Positions 7,556-17,046 of a stretch of DNA of 64,000 nucleotides are shown here, in pieces. Source of the DNA: a virus (lineage: Duplodnaviria; Caudoviricetes); the IMG/VR virus record IMGVR_UViG_3300037851_000542, positions 64,001-128,000 of that record. One strand, given 5' to 3'. The first letter of the stretch is position 1. Each line of letters starts with the position of its first letter. The translations under genes and the position numbers were made by a program. The notes under the pieces were generated by a model that saw only the letters and a program-made list of their open reading frames with translations, was not told the DNA's origin and made no database searches.

Positions 7556-8230
7556 ATGATTAACATGTCTATATTATTACAAAAAATTATTCAATTATTT
7601 AAAACAGTTTTTAGTATTACCACTGCTGCTGATCAGGAAGATACTGTAGGAACTGAGCAAGTTGGCATAGATATGCAACTAATTTATGCTCAATTTCCTT
7701 ATGCTAAAAAAGAAGATATAGACTTAAACTACCCTCTTTTAGTTAAAGCATTAAATAAACATGGAATTTTTAGTAGAGAAATGCTTATTTATGCGTTAGC
7801 TACTGTATCTGTTGAAGTTCCTAAATTTAAACCAGTAAAAGAAATACCTTCAAAATACTCTACTAAAAATAAACTAAAACCGTATGATTTTTCAGGATAC
7901 GTTGGAAGAATGGGAAATAAGGATCTTGAAATGGCTACAAAATACTCAGGAAAAGGACTTATTCAACTTACCGGCTATAATAACTACTGTGATCTTGATA
8001 AAAAACTTTTATTAAATGGTGAGTTAGTACAAAATCCAGATTTAGCCTTGGACGCTAAAATCTCAGCAGAGGTGTTAGCTATATACTTTAAAGACAGAAT
8101 TGACAGGGTAAAACAGGCGCTAATTAATAAAGATTTTGCTGAGTTAAGAAAAATAGTAAATGGTGGTTTTCACGGTCTTGATAAATTTGTAGCAAAATTT
8201 AAAGAATTAGATCAAGTTTTTCCTAAATAG
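7556..8230 (+). CDS. glycoside hydrolase family 19 endolysin
   Basis: YALATVSVE..., MGN, YSGKGLIQLTG..NY, NPDL, IVNGG..GL motifs of GH19 phage lysins. Start may be the second ATG at 7565. Confidence 0.88.
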   Translation: MINMSILLQKIIQLFKTVFSITTAADQEDTVGTEQVGIDMQLIYAQFPYAKKEDIDLNYPLLVKALNKHGIFSREMLIYALATVSVEVPKFKPVKEIPSKYSTKNKLKPYDFSGYVGRMGNKDLEMATKYSGKGLIQLTGYNNYCDLDKKLLLNGELVQNPDLALDAKISAEVLAIYFKDRIDRVKQALINKDFAELRKIVNGGFHGLDKFVAKFKELDQVFPK

Positions 8231-8277
8231 CCTTTAGTATATCTTTCTAGTTTTAAAAATGCTATCATACTTATATT

Positions 8278-8640
8278 ATGAGCTTTGACCAAATTCCTTA
8301 CAAATTTATTAAAGAATTAAACTCTTTAGAGGATTGTTTTACCAAGCAATGGGTCATTAATTTCTATAACCATATAAAAAAATTAAACCTTTTATGGGTC
8401 TCACCTCATATAACTTTCGACGAGGATAATAATTCTTGTTTAGAATGGTGGTACAATAATAGAAAAGTTACAATATACTTAGAGTTAGAAAATAAACAAA
8501 TTACTGTGTTATTTTATGAAGAACCTGACCAAGATGCTATTTTAAAGTTGGATAAAATTACTGATTTAGTTTTACCTTTAAGCAATTTACAAGAAGTTAC
8601 TAGGATATGGTGTTGGTTTACATGTAAGTATAGGATTTAA
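8278..8640 (+). CDS. hypothetical protein
   Basis: 120 aa ORF; no Shine-Dalgarno; a -10-like hexamer lies immediately upstream. Confidence 0.7.
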   Translation: MSFDQIPYKFIKELNSLEDCFTKQWVINFYNHIKKLNLLWVSPHITFDEDNNSCLEWWYNNRKVTIYLELENKQITVLFYEEPDQDAILKLDKITDLVLPLSNLQEVTRIWCWFTCKYRI

Positions 8641-8651
8641 ATATACTATAT
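8639..8651 (+). promoter_or_regulatory. candidate late-promoter motif AAATATACTATAT
   Basis: The 12-mer AATATACTATAT also occurs at 7546-7557 and on the minus strand at 56928-56939; the core ATACTATA also occurs at 4631 and 11428. Confidence 0.45.
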
Positions 8652-8685
8652 ACTATTAAGTATATAATTATAATGGGGTTTTTAT

Positions 8686-9363
8686 TTGATGTCTGTAGAC
8701 GACCGTGTAAATCTTCAAAAAGCTCTTTACACTATATCACATGAGTTTAAAAATGACATTATAACCCTGCAAGGTTTAATAACTATTCTTGCCCAAAAAT
8801 ATGAAAAAACCTGGGACGAAGACGATAAGGAAAATATAGACTTGTTATTTGAGTCTATTAAACACCAAGAATCATATATTCAAAGTTTGCTAGATTATTC
8901 TAGAGTCAATACTAGAGGCAGACCAAGCTCTATAAAGTCCATACAAGAGCTTATAGCCATAGCGTTAAAGTCTATAAACAACGAACAAGTTAAAATTGAA
9001 TGTAACTGTAATACTAAATTAAAGCTGGACAATGCTCAATTTACAAAAGCTCTAAGTTGTATAATTATTAACTCTATTCAGTACTCTAACTGTAACCCCG
9101 TTATTATTAACTTTAATTGTGATTCTAAAGAAAATGACTATATATTAAAAATTAAAGATAACGGTACTGGTATAGATGATAAGTTTAAAGATCAGATATT
9201 CTCTGTGTTCTCTCCTGGTAAGAATTCGGTATCAGGAATAGGTATGGGACTTGCCACGGTAAAAAAGATAGTAGAGAGGCAAGGAGGTTCTATTTCTTAT
9301 GATTTTAGTACCAAAGAGTTTATAATAATTTTACCAATTGCATTGTGTTACCAAGATGTCTAA
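8686..9363 (+). CDS. sensor-less histidine kinase (HisKA + HATPase_c)
   Basis: H-box SHEFKN, N-box IINSIQYS, G1 KDNGTGI, F-box IFSVF, G2 GIGMGLA. Confidence 0.88.
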   Translation: MMSVDDRVNLQKALYTISHEFKNDIITLQGLITILAQKYEKTWDEDDKENIDLLFESIKHQESYIQSLLDYSRVNTRGRPSSIKSIQELIAIALKSINNEQVKIECNCNTKLKLDNAQFTKALSCIIINSIQYSNCNPVIINFNCDSKENDYILKIKDNGTGIDDKFKDQIFSVFSPGKNSVSGIGMGLATVKKIVERQGGSISYDFSTKEFIIILPIALCYQDV

Positions 9364-9796
9364 TGATTTAATAAATATCTTAATGGTAGAAGACAGCAAA
9401 GCACATGTAAAGCTTACTCAAGAAGCTTTAAAAAGGGCTAAACTTATAGCTAATTTTTACTATGCTAAAGACGGAGAGGAAGCATTAAATTTTATTTATA
9501 AAAAAGGCAATTATTCAAATGCCCCTACACCAAATTTAATACTACTTGATTTAAAGTTACCTAAGTACAGTGGTAAAGAAATATTAAAAATACTAAAAGA
9601 GGATGAAGATTTAAAGTCTATACCTGTAATTATTTTAACTACTTCATCGGCTATACTAGACATAGACGAGTCTTATAAAAGCCACGCTAATAGTTATATT
9701 ATAAAACCTATATCTTTTGAAGGATTGATTCAAACCTTAATGGGTCTAAATAATTTCTGGTTTGTTTTATCTACAAAACCACCAGTTAATGATTAA
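9356..9796 (+). CDS. single-domain response regulator (Rcp1/CheY-like)
   Basis: ILMVEDS, DGEEAL, P.LILLDLKLP (phospho-Asp), IPVIILTTS, ANSYIIKP. Probable ATG at 9356 overlaps the upstream gene. Confidence 0.93.
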   Translation: MSNDLINILMVEDSKAHVKLTQEALKRAKLIANFYYAKDGEEALNFIYKKGNYSNAPTPNLILLDLKLPKYSGKEILKILKEDEDLKSIPVIILTTSSAILDIDESYKSHANSYIIKPISFEGLIQTLMGLNNFWFVLSTKPPVND

Positions 9797-10982
9797 TTAC
9801 ATAATATTTGTATCTTTACTATTATGCTTGCTGTCATACAGGTCAGGTTATAAAAAAGGACTAGACTTAAAAAATAAAACACTAAGTGAGAATCGTCTCT
9901 TAATAGAGGAATTGAATTTTAGGTTAAATTTAATCTTAAATGTTTCTAAAGTAGGTATATGGGTACTAGACATAAAAACCAGAGAATTAAATTGGAACAA
10001 GGAAATGTTTGCAATTTATGAACTAGACCCTAATGAATCCGCTTGTCAAAGTAGATGGTCAGCATCTCTTCTTCCTGATGATTTAGTATTAACATTAGCT
10101 CAGTTAGAAGACAGCATAGCTAATACAAAAGAATTCAATACTTCTTTTAGAATTGTTACAAAAACTGAAGGAATCAGGCATATAAAAGCAATTGGAAATT
10201 TTCTCATAGACGATGATGGACTAGCTTATAAAATGGTAGGTATCAACTACGACAATACAAGTGAAGAAGTATTTAAAAGTAATATTTTATCTTTAAACAG
10301 GGAACTTTTAGATTTTACCTCGATTTTGAGCCACGATCTTCAACAACCTACAACAATAGCTTCTATGTACTTGGATCTTTTGGGCGCTAAAAACCCATAT
10401 TTAGACCCAGACAGTCAGGAGTATTTTAATTATGTTAAAACTTCTTTGAACGAGATAAGTTGCATTTTAAAGGATCTAATAGATCTTATACGTGTAGATA
10501 ACTTAGAAAAAAACCAAGAAGTTAACAAGTCAGAATTATTAAATTTAATAAATTTTAAAGAGATCTTAGAATCTTTAAATTACAACAAGAATTTGATTGA
10601 AATAGTTCTACCCAAAGAAGATTGTTACTTAAGTATGTGCAATAGAGATATTAAATCTCTTTTTACTAACTTAATATCTAACGCTATAAAGTTTTCTGAC
10701 CATAATAGAAAAAACACAATAACAATTACCTCTGATTGTTTAGATAATGGTAAAGTTTTTACAGTATCAGATAAAGGCATAGGTATAGACTCTAGGCATT
10801 TAAATGAGGTAATTAAGCCTTTTTTTAGAGTATACAGTTCTGAGGACTATCCAGGTACAGGGTTAGGTTTAGCTTTATGTGATAAAATAGCAAAAAAATA
10901 CGGAGGTACCTTAAGAATTGAATCTAAATTAGGAGTAGGTACAGATATAATTATAAAATTTCCTTGTCAAGGTACTATATAG
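9789..10982 (+). CDS. membrane-anchored PAS-domain histidine kinase
   Basis: N-terminal TM segment, PAS/PAC (GIWVLDI...PDD...FRIV...GINYD), H-box SHDLQQP, NLISNAIKF, DKGIGI, GTGLGLA. Probable ATG at 9789 overlaps the RR stop. Confidence 0.92.
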   Translation: MINYIIFVSLLLCLLSYRSGYKKGLDLKNKTLSENRLLIEELNFRLNLILNVSKVGIWVLDIKTRELNWNKEMFAIYELDPNESACQSRWSASLLPDDLVLTLAQLEDSIANTKEFNTSFRIVTKTEGIRHIKAIGNFLIDDDGLAYKMVGINYDNTSEEVFKSNILSLNRELLDFTSILSHDLQQPTTIASMYLDLLGAKNPYLDPDSQEYFNYVKTSLNEISCILKDLIDLIRVDNLEKNQEVNKSELLNLINFKEILESLNYNKNLIEIVLPKEDCYLSMCNRDIKSLFTNLISNAIKFSDHNRKNTITITSDCLDNGKVFTVSDKGIGIDSRHLNEVIKPFFRVYSSEDYPGTGLGLALCDKIAKKYGGTLRIESKLGVGTDIIIKFPCQGTI

Positions 10983-10987
10983 AGATA

Positions 10988-11407
10988 ATGCCTAACTCTG
11001 ATTTAAACTCTAAAGATAAGATAGCACTAGCTCGATTAGAAGAGAAGTTTAAAAACCTATCTGAATCTCATAAAGATTTAAAAGAGAGGTATAAACTAAC
11101 TCAAGAAGATCTTATTAAGAAATCAGAAGAAATATCTGAGGCTCATATACAAAATAAACTTTTAGAAAAAGAATTAAAAAGAAATGTAGAGCTGCTGTAC
11201 AAAGATTTTGATGCATTTCTAGATAATATGCAGAAAATAGAGTTAAGTCATAACCTGTTTGAAAAAAAAGTAACAGAAGAACTAAAAACAATAAAAGAAA
11301 AGGGATCTGAAACATTTCTCCTATATGGAAAAATGGCTATGTATTTTATAGGCGGGGTTTTTGCAACAGTGTCTACATTTATAGGTATAGGTATTCTTAA
11401 ATTCTAG
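10988..11407 (+). CDS. coiled-coil protein with C-terminal TM helix (holin/XhlA-like)
   Basis: Long coiled coil plus hydrophobic C-terminus MAMYFIGGVFATVSTFIGIGILKF; lies in the lysis region. Probable start 10988. Confidence 0.55.
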   Translation: MPNSDLNSKDKIALARLEEKFKNLSESHKDLKERYKLTQEDLIKKSEEISEAHIQNKLLEKELKRNVELLYKDFDAFLDNMQKIELSHNLFEKKVTEELKTIKEKGSETFLLYGKMAMYFIGGVFATVSTFIGIGILKF

Positions 11408-11482
11408 AGTGGTTTTGGTGAGATTAAATACTATAGAAACGGTATCTATTCACACTTTTAACCACTTTTAGAGGTCTTTATA

Positions 11483-13519
11483 ATGATTCAATTAAACCCT
11501 GTTTTAACCTCCCAGAATGGAAAGCTTTTAGTTGGGGATACCAATAGTACTGGAAAATTTACAAATTTAAGTTATTCAGAATCAGGTAGTAATTCTAACT
11601 TAATATCTTCTGGAACTTTTTTATTAGGTACCACAGGATCTAATGAGTTCAGAATACAAACTAATGGATCTTTAAAATGGTCTGTTGGGTCAAATGGTGC
11701 GCTTAGTGCTGCGGTCGCTGCCAATATAACGACTGGAGGTAGCGTTCAAAGTCCTACTTTAGAAAACATTGGATTCACAGACTTAAACTTAAACTCTAAT
11801 AATGCTGGTATAAAATTCTATACGTCCAACACTAGCCGTTGGGAAATGAGTAGCGCTGGTAATTTACTCCCTGCTACTTCTGGGACTTTAAATATTGGAT
11901 CTTCGTCTAATCCTATTCAAGTTATTACGGGTAACAATTTAAGTTCTTCTCCAGCACAGCAATTAAATCTTCAAATTGGTGGATCTACAAGGTGGATAGT
12001 AGAACCTAATAGCGGAAATCTTCAGCCCAATGGTGCTAATACTTACGGTATTGGAGGAGGATCAAGACCTTGTAATCAGGTGTGGACAAGAGTACTAACC
12101 TCTGATGCTGGGCAGAATCTAGTTTTAGCTGAAAACGGTGCTGCTAGGTGGACACTAGAGGCAGGTGGAAACAACTTAACTGCTGTCGGAGGGGCTGTAA
12201 TTAAATCTAGCAATAGTAATTTATCTTTACAAGGAAACTACTCATTTGGTTCTACAGGGGCTGCTATAGAACTTTTAAATAATGGACCTTTAAATTTAGT
12301 AGCTCAAGATGTAATCAGCATTTATAATGCGGGCGGGCTTAGATGGACTTTTAATACCTCTGGTGATATTGTACCTGCTAGTGGTTCTCAAAGTATTGGT
12401 ACAAATTCTTCTGCAATACTTTCAACTTATACTAGAAATGTATCCTCCGACGGCACTAATAATTTAAATTTACAAGTAGGAGGGAGCACAAAAGTATACA
12501 TAACTAATGCTGGAGATCTCATTGCAGGTGGAATTAGCACTACTTATTTAAATATAGATAACACTTTAACCTTAAACGATAATAATTTAACCTCAACTGG
12601 AGATTTAATTTTTAATAATGGGCAGTGGTTAAGATTATACGCTAGCGGTACAGAACGCTGGAGAATGTTTGGTAATGGAGAACTTTTAGCAGTACAAGAA
12701 TCTGTGAATCATTTTTTTGGTACTTTTAGCAATACGTCCTTATTCTTTAGAACAAACAATCAAAACAGGCTTTATTTAGAAGCAAACGCTAGTAACTTAG
12801 TAGGGGTAGGTTCTGTAGGTTTAGCTAGTAATGGTGGGGTAGTTACACTAGGATCAACAAATGATGGTAATCAGGATCCAAATAGCGCTACTATTATTAT
12901 AACTGGATTTGGAGGACCTTCTCCTAAAACTTTAGCTAGATTTACAAAAAATTCAATCAATCTTCAATGTCCTGATCGGGCTGGATTTAGCGGAGATCGC
13001 TTTTGGCTTAAAATTTATCACGGTGCTCAAGAGATGTGGGCATTTTATAACGCTATTGATGATTCATTAGCTGATGGAATGTTTGCCCCTCCGGTAACAA
13101 ACGCTTTTAATATTGGTCACCCTTCTCACAGAGTTAGAGATATACATACACAAGCAATAACAATATACTCTGACGAAAGAGGTAAAAATACAATACAACC
13201 TTCTACATTAGGGTTAGACTTTATTAATTCATTAAATCCAGTATCATATAAAATGAATGTTGGTAGGAATCAAACACTTGAAGAAGAAGATGGTACTCCT
13301 ATAATAGTGCCAATATCTGGAGTAAGAACACACTGGGGATTACTAGCCCAAGAAGTTAAAGCTGTAATTCCAAGTGGTGTAGATTTTGCGGGATGGGTAC
13401 TAGCAGATCTTGAAGACCCGGATAGTCAACAGTCTTTACGGTATTATCAATTTATTTGTCCTTTAATTAAAGCAATTCAGGAGCTGACCGCAAGAGTAGA
13501 GTCTTTAGAAAATCCTTAA
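11483..13519 (+). CDS. second tail fibre protein with C-terminal S74 chaperone domain
   Basis: Beta-repeat shaft sharing motifs with fibre 1; YSDERGKNTI...HWGLLAQEV...LRYYQFICPLIKAIQEL; GAGGT RBS. Confidence 0.88.
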   Translation: MIQLNPVLTSQNGKLLVGDTNSTGKFTNLSYSESGSNSNLISSGTFLLGTTGSNEFRIQTNGSLKWSVGSNGALSAAVAANITTGGSVQSPTLENIGFTDLNLNSNNAGIKFYTSNTSRWEMSSAGNLLPATSGTLNIGSSSNPIQVITGNNLSSSPAQQLNLQIGGSTRWIVEPNSGNLQPNGANTYGIGGGSRPCNQVWTRVLTSDAGQNLVLAENGAARWTLEAGGNNLTAVGGAVIKSSNSNLSLQGNYSFGSTGAAIELLNNGPLNLVAQDVISIYNAGGLRWTFNTSGDIVPASGSQSIGTNSSAILSTYTRNVSSDGTNNLNLQVGGSTKVYITNAGDLIAGGISTTYLNIDNTLTLNDNNLTSTGDLIFNNGQWLRLYASGTERWRMFGNGELLAVQESVNHFFGTFSNTSLFFRTNNQNRLYLEANASNLVGVGSVGLASNGGVVTLGSTNDGNQDPNSATIIITGFGGPSPKTLARFTKNSINLQCPDRAGFSGDRFWLKIYHGAQEMWAFYNAIDDSLADGMFAPPVTNAFNIGHPSHRVRDIHTQAITIYSDERGKNTIQPSTLGLDFINSLNPVSYKMNVGRNQTLEEEDGTPIIVPISGVRTHWGLLAQEVKAVIPSGVDFAGWVLADLEDPDSQQSLRYYQFICPLIKAIQELTARVESLENP

Positions 13520-13522
13520 CTT

Positions 13523-13903
13523 TTACCAAATCCCAGTATAGATTATTTTATACTGGGATTTAATAGAAGTTAGTGCAAAAGTTAAAACCTCAAATTCTTC
13601 TGATACAATATCGTCCGGCTCTATTTTAAATTTTGCTTTTACTTTAGTAATTTCAGTTAATCCCTCATCTACTCTACAAAAGCTTTTTAAATCGGAGTAA
13701 TTATTATAGTTATCTGGTATCCACAGTTGACCTTTTACAGTAGATATACCTAACCTTGTATAGCCGCTGTCATTACCTATATCCCACAAGGTTCCATCAA
13801 CTTCAGCATTCCAAGTTAGCACTCTAAATCCTGGAATTGCAGCCTCAGCAAGAGGATTTAAAGGTTTTGCTTTTAAGTTGTTATAAATAAAAAACAGATC
13901 CAT
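13523..13903 (-). CDS. hypothetical protein
   Basis: 126 aa ORF convergent with tail fibre 2. Confidence 0.65.
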   Translation of the reverse strand: MDLFFIYNNLKAKPLNPLAEAAIPGFRVLTWNAEVDGTLWDIGNDSGYTRLGISTVKGQLWIPDNYNNYSDLKSFCRVDEGLTEITKVKAKFKIEPDDIVSEEFEVLTFALTSIKSQYKIIYTGIW

Positions 13904-13906
13904 ATG

Positions 13907-14185
13907 CTATGTCAACATTTCTAGAGCAATACCACATATAACTTTATCCTCTGCATCAAATTTGGTAATTAGTTGCTTATTGTTAGTTAGATAAGCAGAT
14001 ATAAAGTTTATTAAATGATCTAATACTATCCTAGCTAATGCTTTTGTACTGGCTTTTAAATTAGCATTATTACCAAACTCAGAAATCCACAGCAAGACCA
14101 TATCTCGACGGGTTTCGAGTTCCTTTAACTTATCAAATCTAGCGGTCGTTAGAATCAATTCCATACTTATAATATAGTATGCCAT
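13907..14185 (-). CDS. hypothetical protein
   Basis: 92 aa helical ORF in tandem with 13523..13903. Confidence 0.65.
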   Translation of the reverse strand: MAYYIISMELILTTARFDKLKELETRRDMVLLWISEFGNNANLKASTKALARIVLDHLINFISAYLTNNKQLITKFDAEDKVICGIALEMLT

Positions 14186-14216
14186 TTGATTAAATTAATC
14201 TATATAAATTACATAG

Positions 14217-14245
14217 TTGCATTAAAAATAAAAATATGTTAATAT
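14217..14245 (+). promoter_or_regulatory. sigma70-type promoter upstream of the sigma-factor gene
   Basis: TTGCAT (14217-14222), 17-nt spacer, TAATAT (14240-14245). Confidence 0.45.
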
Positions 14246-14287
14246 TATTAAATAGTTATCTATTATAAAAAATAACGAGGAACATGA

Positions 14288-15259
14288 GTGACAAAAGAAT
14301 ACAAATTTAAAAACTACTATGAATCTGAACCTCAAGTAGATAAAATACTTTATGACGAATCTAAAGAAAAAGTATTAAAAGCTTTTGCTAACATTAGTCA
14401 AACCTATGCAAGAAAACACGTTAGACCAGGTATTGACTATGAAGATCTGTATAATGAAGCCCAACTTGGAGTTTTAGAAGCTATTGAGTACTTTTCTGAT
14501 CCAAGTAAGGTAGAAAAAAAATATCCATTCAAGCAATATGTTCTTTACAAAATTAGGGAAAGAACTTATCAGTACTGCTTGCGTAATGCTATAAAAATAA
14601 AAACTCCTTATTATATTCAGCGCGGTTCAAAACATGTAGCTCAGATTACAACTTTATTAAAAAATGCTCCGGTTGCTTTTCAAATTCTTGGTAAAGAGGA
14701 CGTTAGTGATAGTGATATTAGAGAGTTTTTATATAATGAGAATGAAAGGTTACCTTTAAAATCTGATGAGTTTATTCGTGCTCAAATAAATAAAAATCTA
14801 ACTACAGATCAGTTTAATCAGGTTTATGATAACGTAGTAAATCATAAAAGAGGAAGTGCTCATTCTTTTGTAAAGAAAAACTTAACTGATGTTGGTAAAA
14901 TATTACATATAAAAGAAAAGATCTGGTATAATGCTACAAGTAACAATATGCCATTTAGTAGAGTAATATCTTTAATATTAGAGGCTCGTAGTGCCAGATC
15001 CAGCCACGATTCTGTTTTTTGTGGGACTATAAATGGGCTCTCAGAAAAAAATATTATTTTTGCAGAAATGGTAAAACGGGGCAGGGAAGTTTGTGGGACT
15101 AAAAATTTTGATATATTTTTATCAAATAAATACTTAAATAAAACCTATAAAGAAATCTCAGTACTTTATAACGTCCCTAAGAATGATATAACTGAAATTA
15201 TAAAAAGGTGTATAAAAAGTCTAAAAGAAGACGACATAATAAACGAATTTAACGATTAA
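14288..15259 (+). CDS. phage-encoded sigma70-family RNA polymerase sigma factor
   Basis: Region 2: EDLYNEAQLGVLEAIEYF.DP...PFKQYVLYKIR...IKTP; region 4 HTH: NKTYKEISVLYNVPKNDITEIIKRCIKSL; GAGGA RBS with GTG start. Confidence 0.82.
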   Translation: MTKEYKFKNYYESEPQVDKILYDESKEKVLKAFANISQTYARKHVRPGIDYEDLYNEAQLGVLEAIEYFSDPSKVEKKYPFKQYVLYKIRERTYQYCLRNAIKIKTPYYIQRGSKHVAQITTLLKNAPVAFQILGKEDVSDSDIREFLYNENERLPLKSDEFIRAQINKNLTTDQFNQVYDNVVNHKRGSAHSFVKKNLTDVGKILHIKEKIWYNATSNNMPFSRVISLILEARSARSSHDSVFCGTINGLSEKNIIFAEMVKRGREVCGTKNFDIFLSNKYLNKTYKEISVLYNVPKNDITEIIKRCIKSLKEDDIINEFND

Positions 15260-15263
15260 TGCT

Positions 15264-16061
15264 ATGGCACTGGAAATAGGAGATAAAGCAGTACCCAAGT
15301 CTGATGTACAGGTTTTAAACGCTACATATAGAACAGGCGGGATAGAAGGTTTAGTACTAAATAGAAAACTAATAACTATTAACTCAGAAAATCAGGACAT
15401 TTTTACCTATCAAGTAAGTTTTCCTTCACCTATTACTGGGACTACGACTAGTGGTACTGAAGCAGATGTTCAAAGTTTGTTTTGGTTTTCCTCTGAGGAG
15501 CTTGGACAAGAGGGTATTCTAATAGAAGAATACGATTATAATAAAATTAACTCTGATCTAAACAATGCTAGATCTACATCGGCGCAAGCACTAAGTATTG
15601 TAGGATCTATAGAAAACGAGGTAGTACCTACTGATTTATTTTCAGAGTCTATTTATACAATTGCAAAGTCTGTACAAGAAAATAATAACACATTGGCTGA
15701 AGCGTCTTTTAACAGTAATGATTCTAAAGTAAGAGAACAAGAAGCAAGTAAAGTAGGATTTGACTCCCTTGGATTAGAGGTTAATCAGGCAGTTTTACAG
15801 GAAATAGCTGAAAATATGTCTAATTTTAATAGCTTACAGTCACAAACACAAGCAGAGATTGACAGGCAAGGTCAACAGACAGCAGAACAAGTCAAACTTT
15901 ACAATACCTCAAAGGAAGAGGACCACTTGGCGTATACAGAAGCTTTAGTAGAAACTGGACAGAGGCTCCCTCAGGGTTCTATTTATAAATTAAGAACAAC
16001 TGACTGGGAGACTGCTCTAACCCCACCTCTGACTGTAAATATTACGCCAGAAGTGGAGTAG
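15264..16061 (+). CDS. hypothetical protein, possibly structural
   Basis: 265 aa acidic ORF with a Ser/Gln-rich helical region. Confidence 0.7.
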   Translation: MALEIGDKAVPKSDVQVLNATYRTGGIEGLVLNRKLITINSENQDIFTYQVSFPSPITGTTTSGTEADVQSLFWFSSEELGQEGILIEEYDYNKINSDLNNARSTSAQALSIVGSIENEVVPTDLFSESIYTIAKSVQENNNTLAEASFNSNDSKVREQEASKVGFDSLGLEVNQAVLQEIAENMSNFNSLQSQTQAEIDRQGQQTAEQVKLYNTSKEEDHLAYTEALVETGQRLPQGSIYKLRTTDWETALTPPLTVNITPEVE

Positions 16062-16077
16062 AAGCTTTAAACTAAGA

Positions 16078-16974
16078 TTACCAAGTGGATAAAGAAAATC
16101 TCTTCCAGCTGTTAGTATTTACTGCATAGTAACCATAATCATCAGCAAATATAAAAGTACCTTTAACCCCTGATGTAGTTGTTGTAGGAGGCTCAGAAGC
16201 TGAGCTTAAAAGCAATAAGTTTCCAGAAACTGTAAGGTTATTTAAAACACTAAGGTTTCCTGTTACTTCTAAATTTCCTCCAACATAACCTGCAGTATTA
16301 CCCTGTACTCCTCCTGGAACATTGTCCACGTAAAGACCTACTAACGAAATATCGTTGTTTAATGAGTCCGACAGCCCACTTCTGCTTATATTAAACGATC
16401 CAATAAAAGGAGCAGACCCCGATGAAAAGTTACTAGCAGGTATGCTAAAGTTAACCAATTTTAGCTGCTCTAAAGAGTTTGTACTTATTGTGAGGGTTTG
16501 AGGTGTGCTATAAGAAAAAGCACCGGGCGTTAAATCTGCATTGGTATTTTGGTTAAATAAGTTATAACTCATGTTAAAATCGGCATCACCTGTGCCACTA
16601 CCTCTGACAGTGCAAAGCATTCTAACTACTACTGGAGACACAGGTTGTGCCCCTAAAGTTAGCTGAAATCCTGCTGTAGACACAATACCATCTGGAAATG
16701 AAACTACTGCTAAATCTCCAACATTGTCAGAAGTTAGCCCTGACACATTTATTATATCATATATTTCTACAACACCACTTGCCGCCGAAAATTGTAAACC
16801 CGAAAATACATTATCTACTGTTTTAAAAACATCCTGTGAATTGTCGCCGGATATTACTACAAACGTGGAGTCATCTATTGTTATCATAGATCCGTCTAAT
16901 TTAGATTGCACGAACCCACCAGAAGCACTATAAAACCGATCTACTGAAACTTCACCGTCATCAAATGTTATCAT
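16078..16974 (-). CDS. putative virion structural/fibre-associated protein
   Basis: Ser/Gly/Asn-rich; C-terminal PPTTTTSGVKG...DDYGYYAVNTNSWKRFSLSTW resembles a motif common in tail-fibre-associated proteins; GGAG RBS. Confidence 0.6.
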   Translation of the reverse strand: MITFDDGEVSVDRFYSASGGFVQSKLDGSMITIDDSTFVVISGDNSQDVFKTVDNVFSGLQFSAASGVVEIYDIINVSGLTSDNVGDLAVVSFPDGIVSTAGFQLTLGAQPVSPVVVRMLCTVRGSGTGDADFNMSYNLFNQNTNADLTPGAFSYSTPQTLTISTNSLEQLKLVNFSIPASNFSSGSAPFIGSFNISRSGLSDSLNNDISLVGLYVDNVPGGVQGNTAGYVGGNLEVTGNLSVLNNLTVSGNLLLLSSASEPPTTTTSGVKGTFIFADDYGYYAVNTNSWKRFSLSTW

Positions 16975-17046
16975 TTTTTAATTACTCCAAAGGTCTGTAT
17001 TTTATATAAGTGTGTTACTGTAGCACATTCTTATTTAAAAATTTAC

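Noticed and set aside
3368-10982. Window being a bacterial chromosome because of rpsB and two-component genes
   Set aside because: There is no tsf or ribosomal operon; the genes are interleaved with tail fibres and an endolysin, have uniform AT-rich composition, and the replication genes are phage-type. Misassembly can only be excluded with reads.
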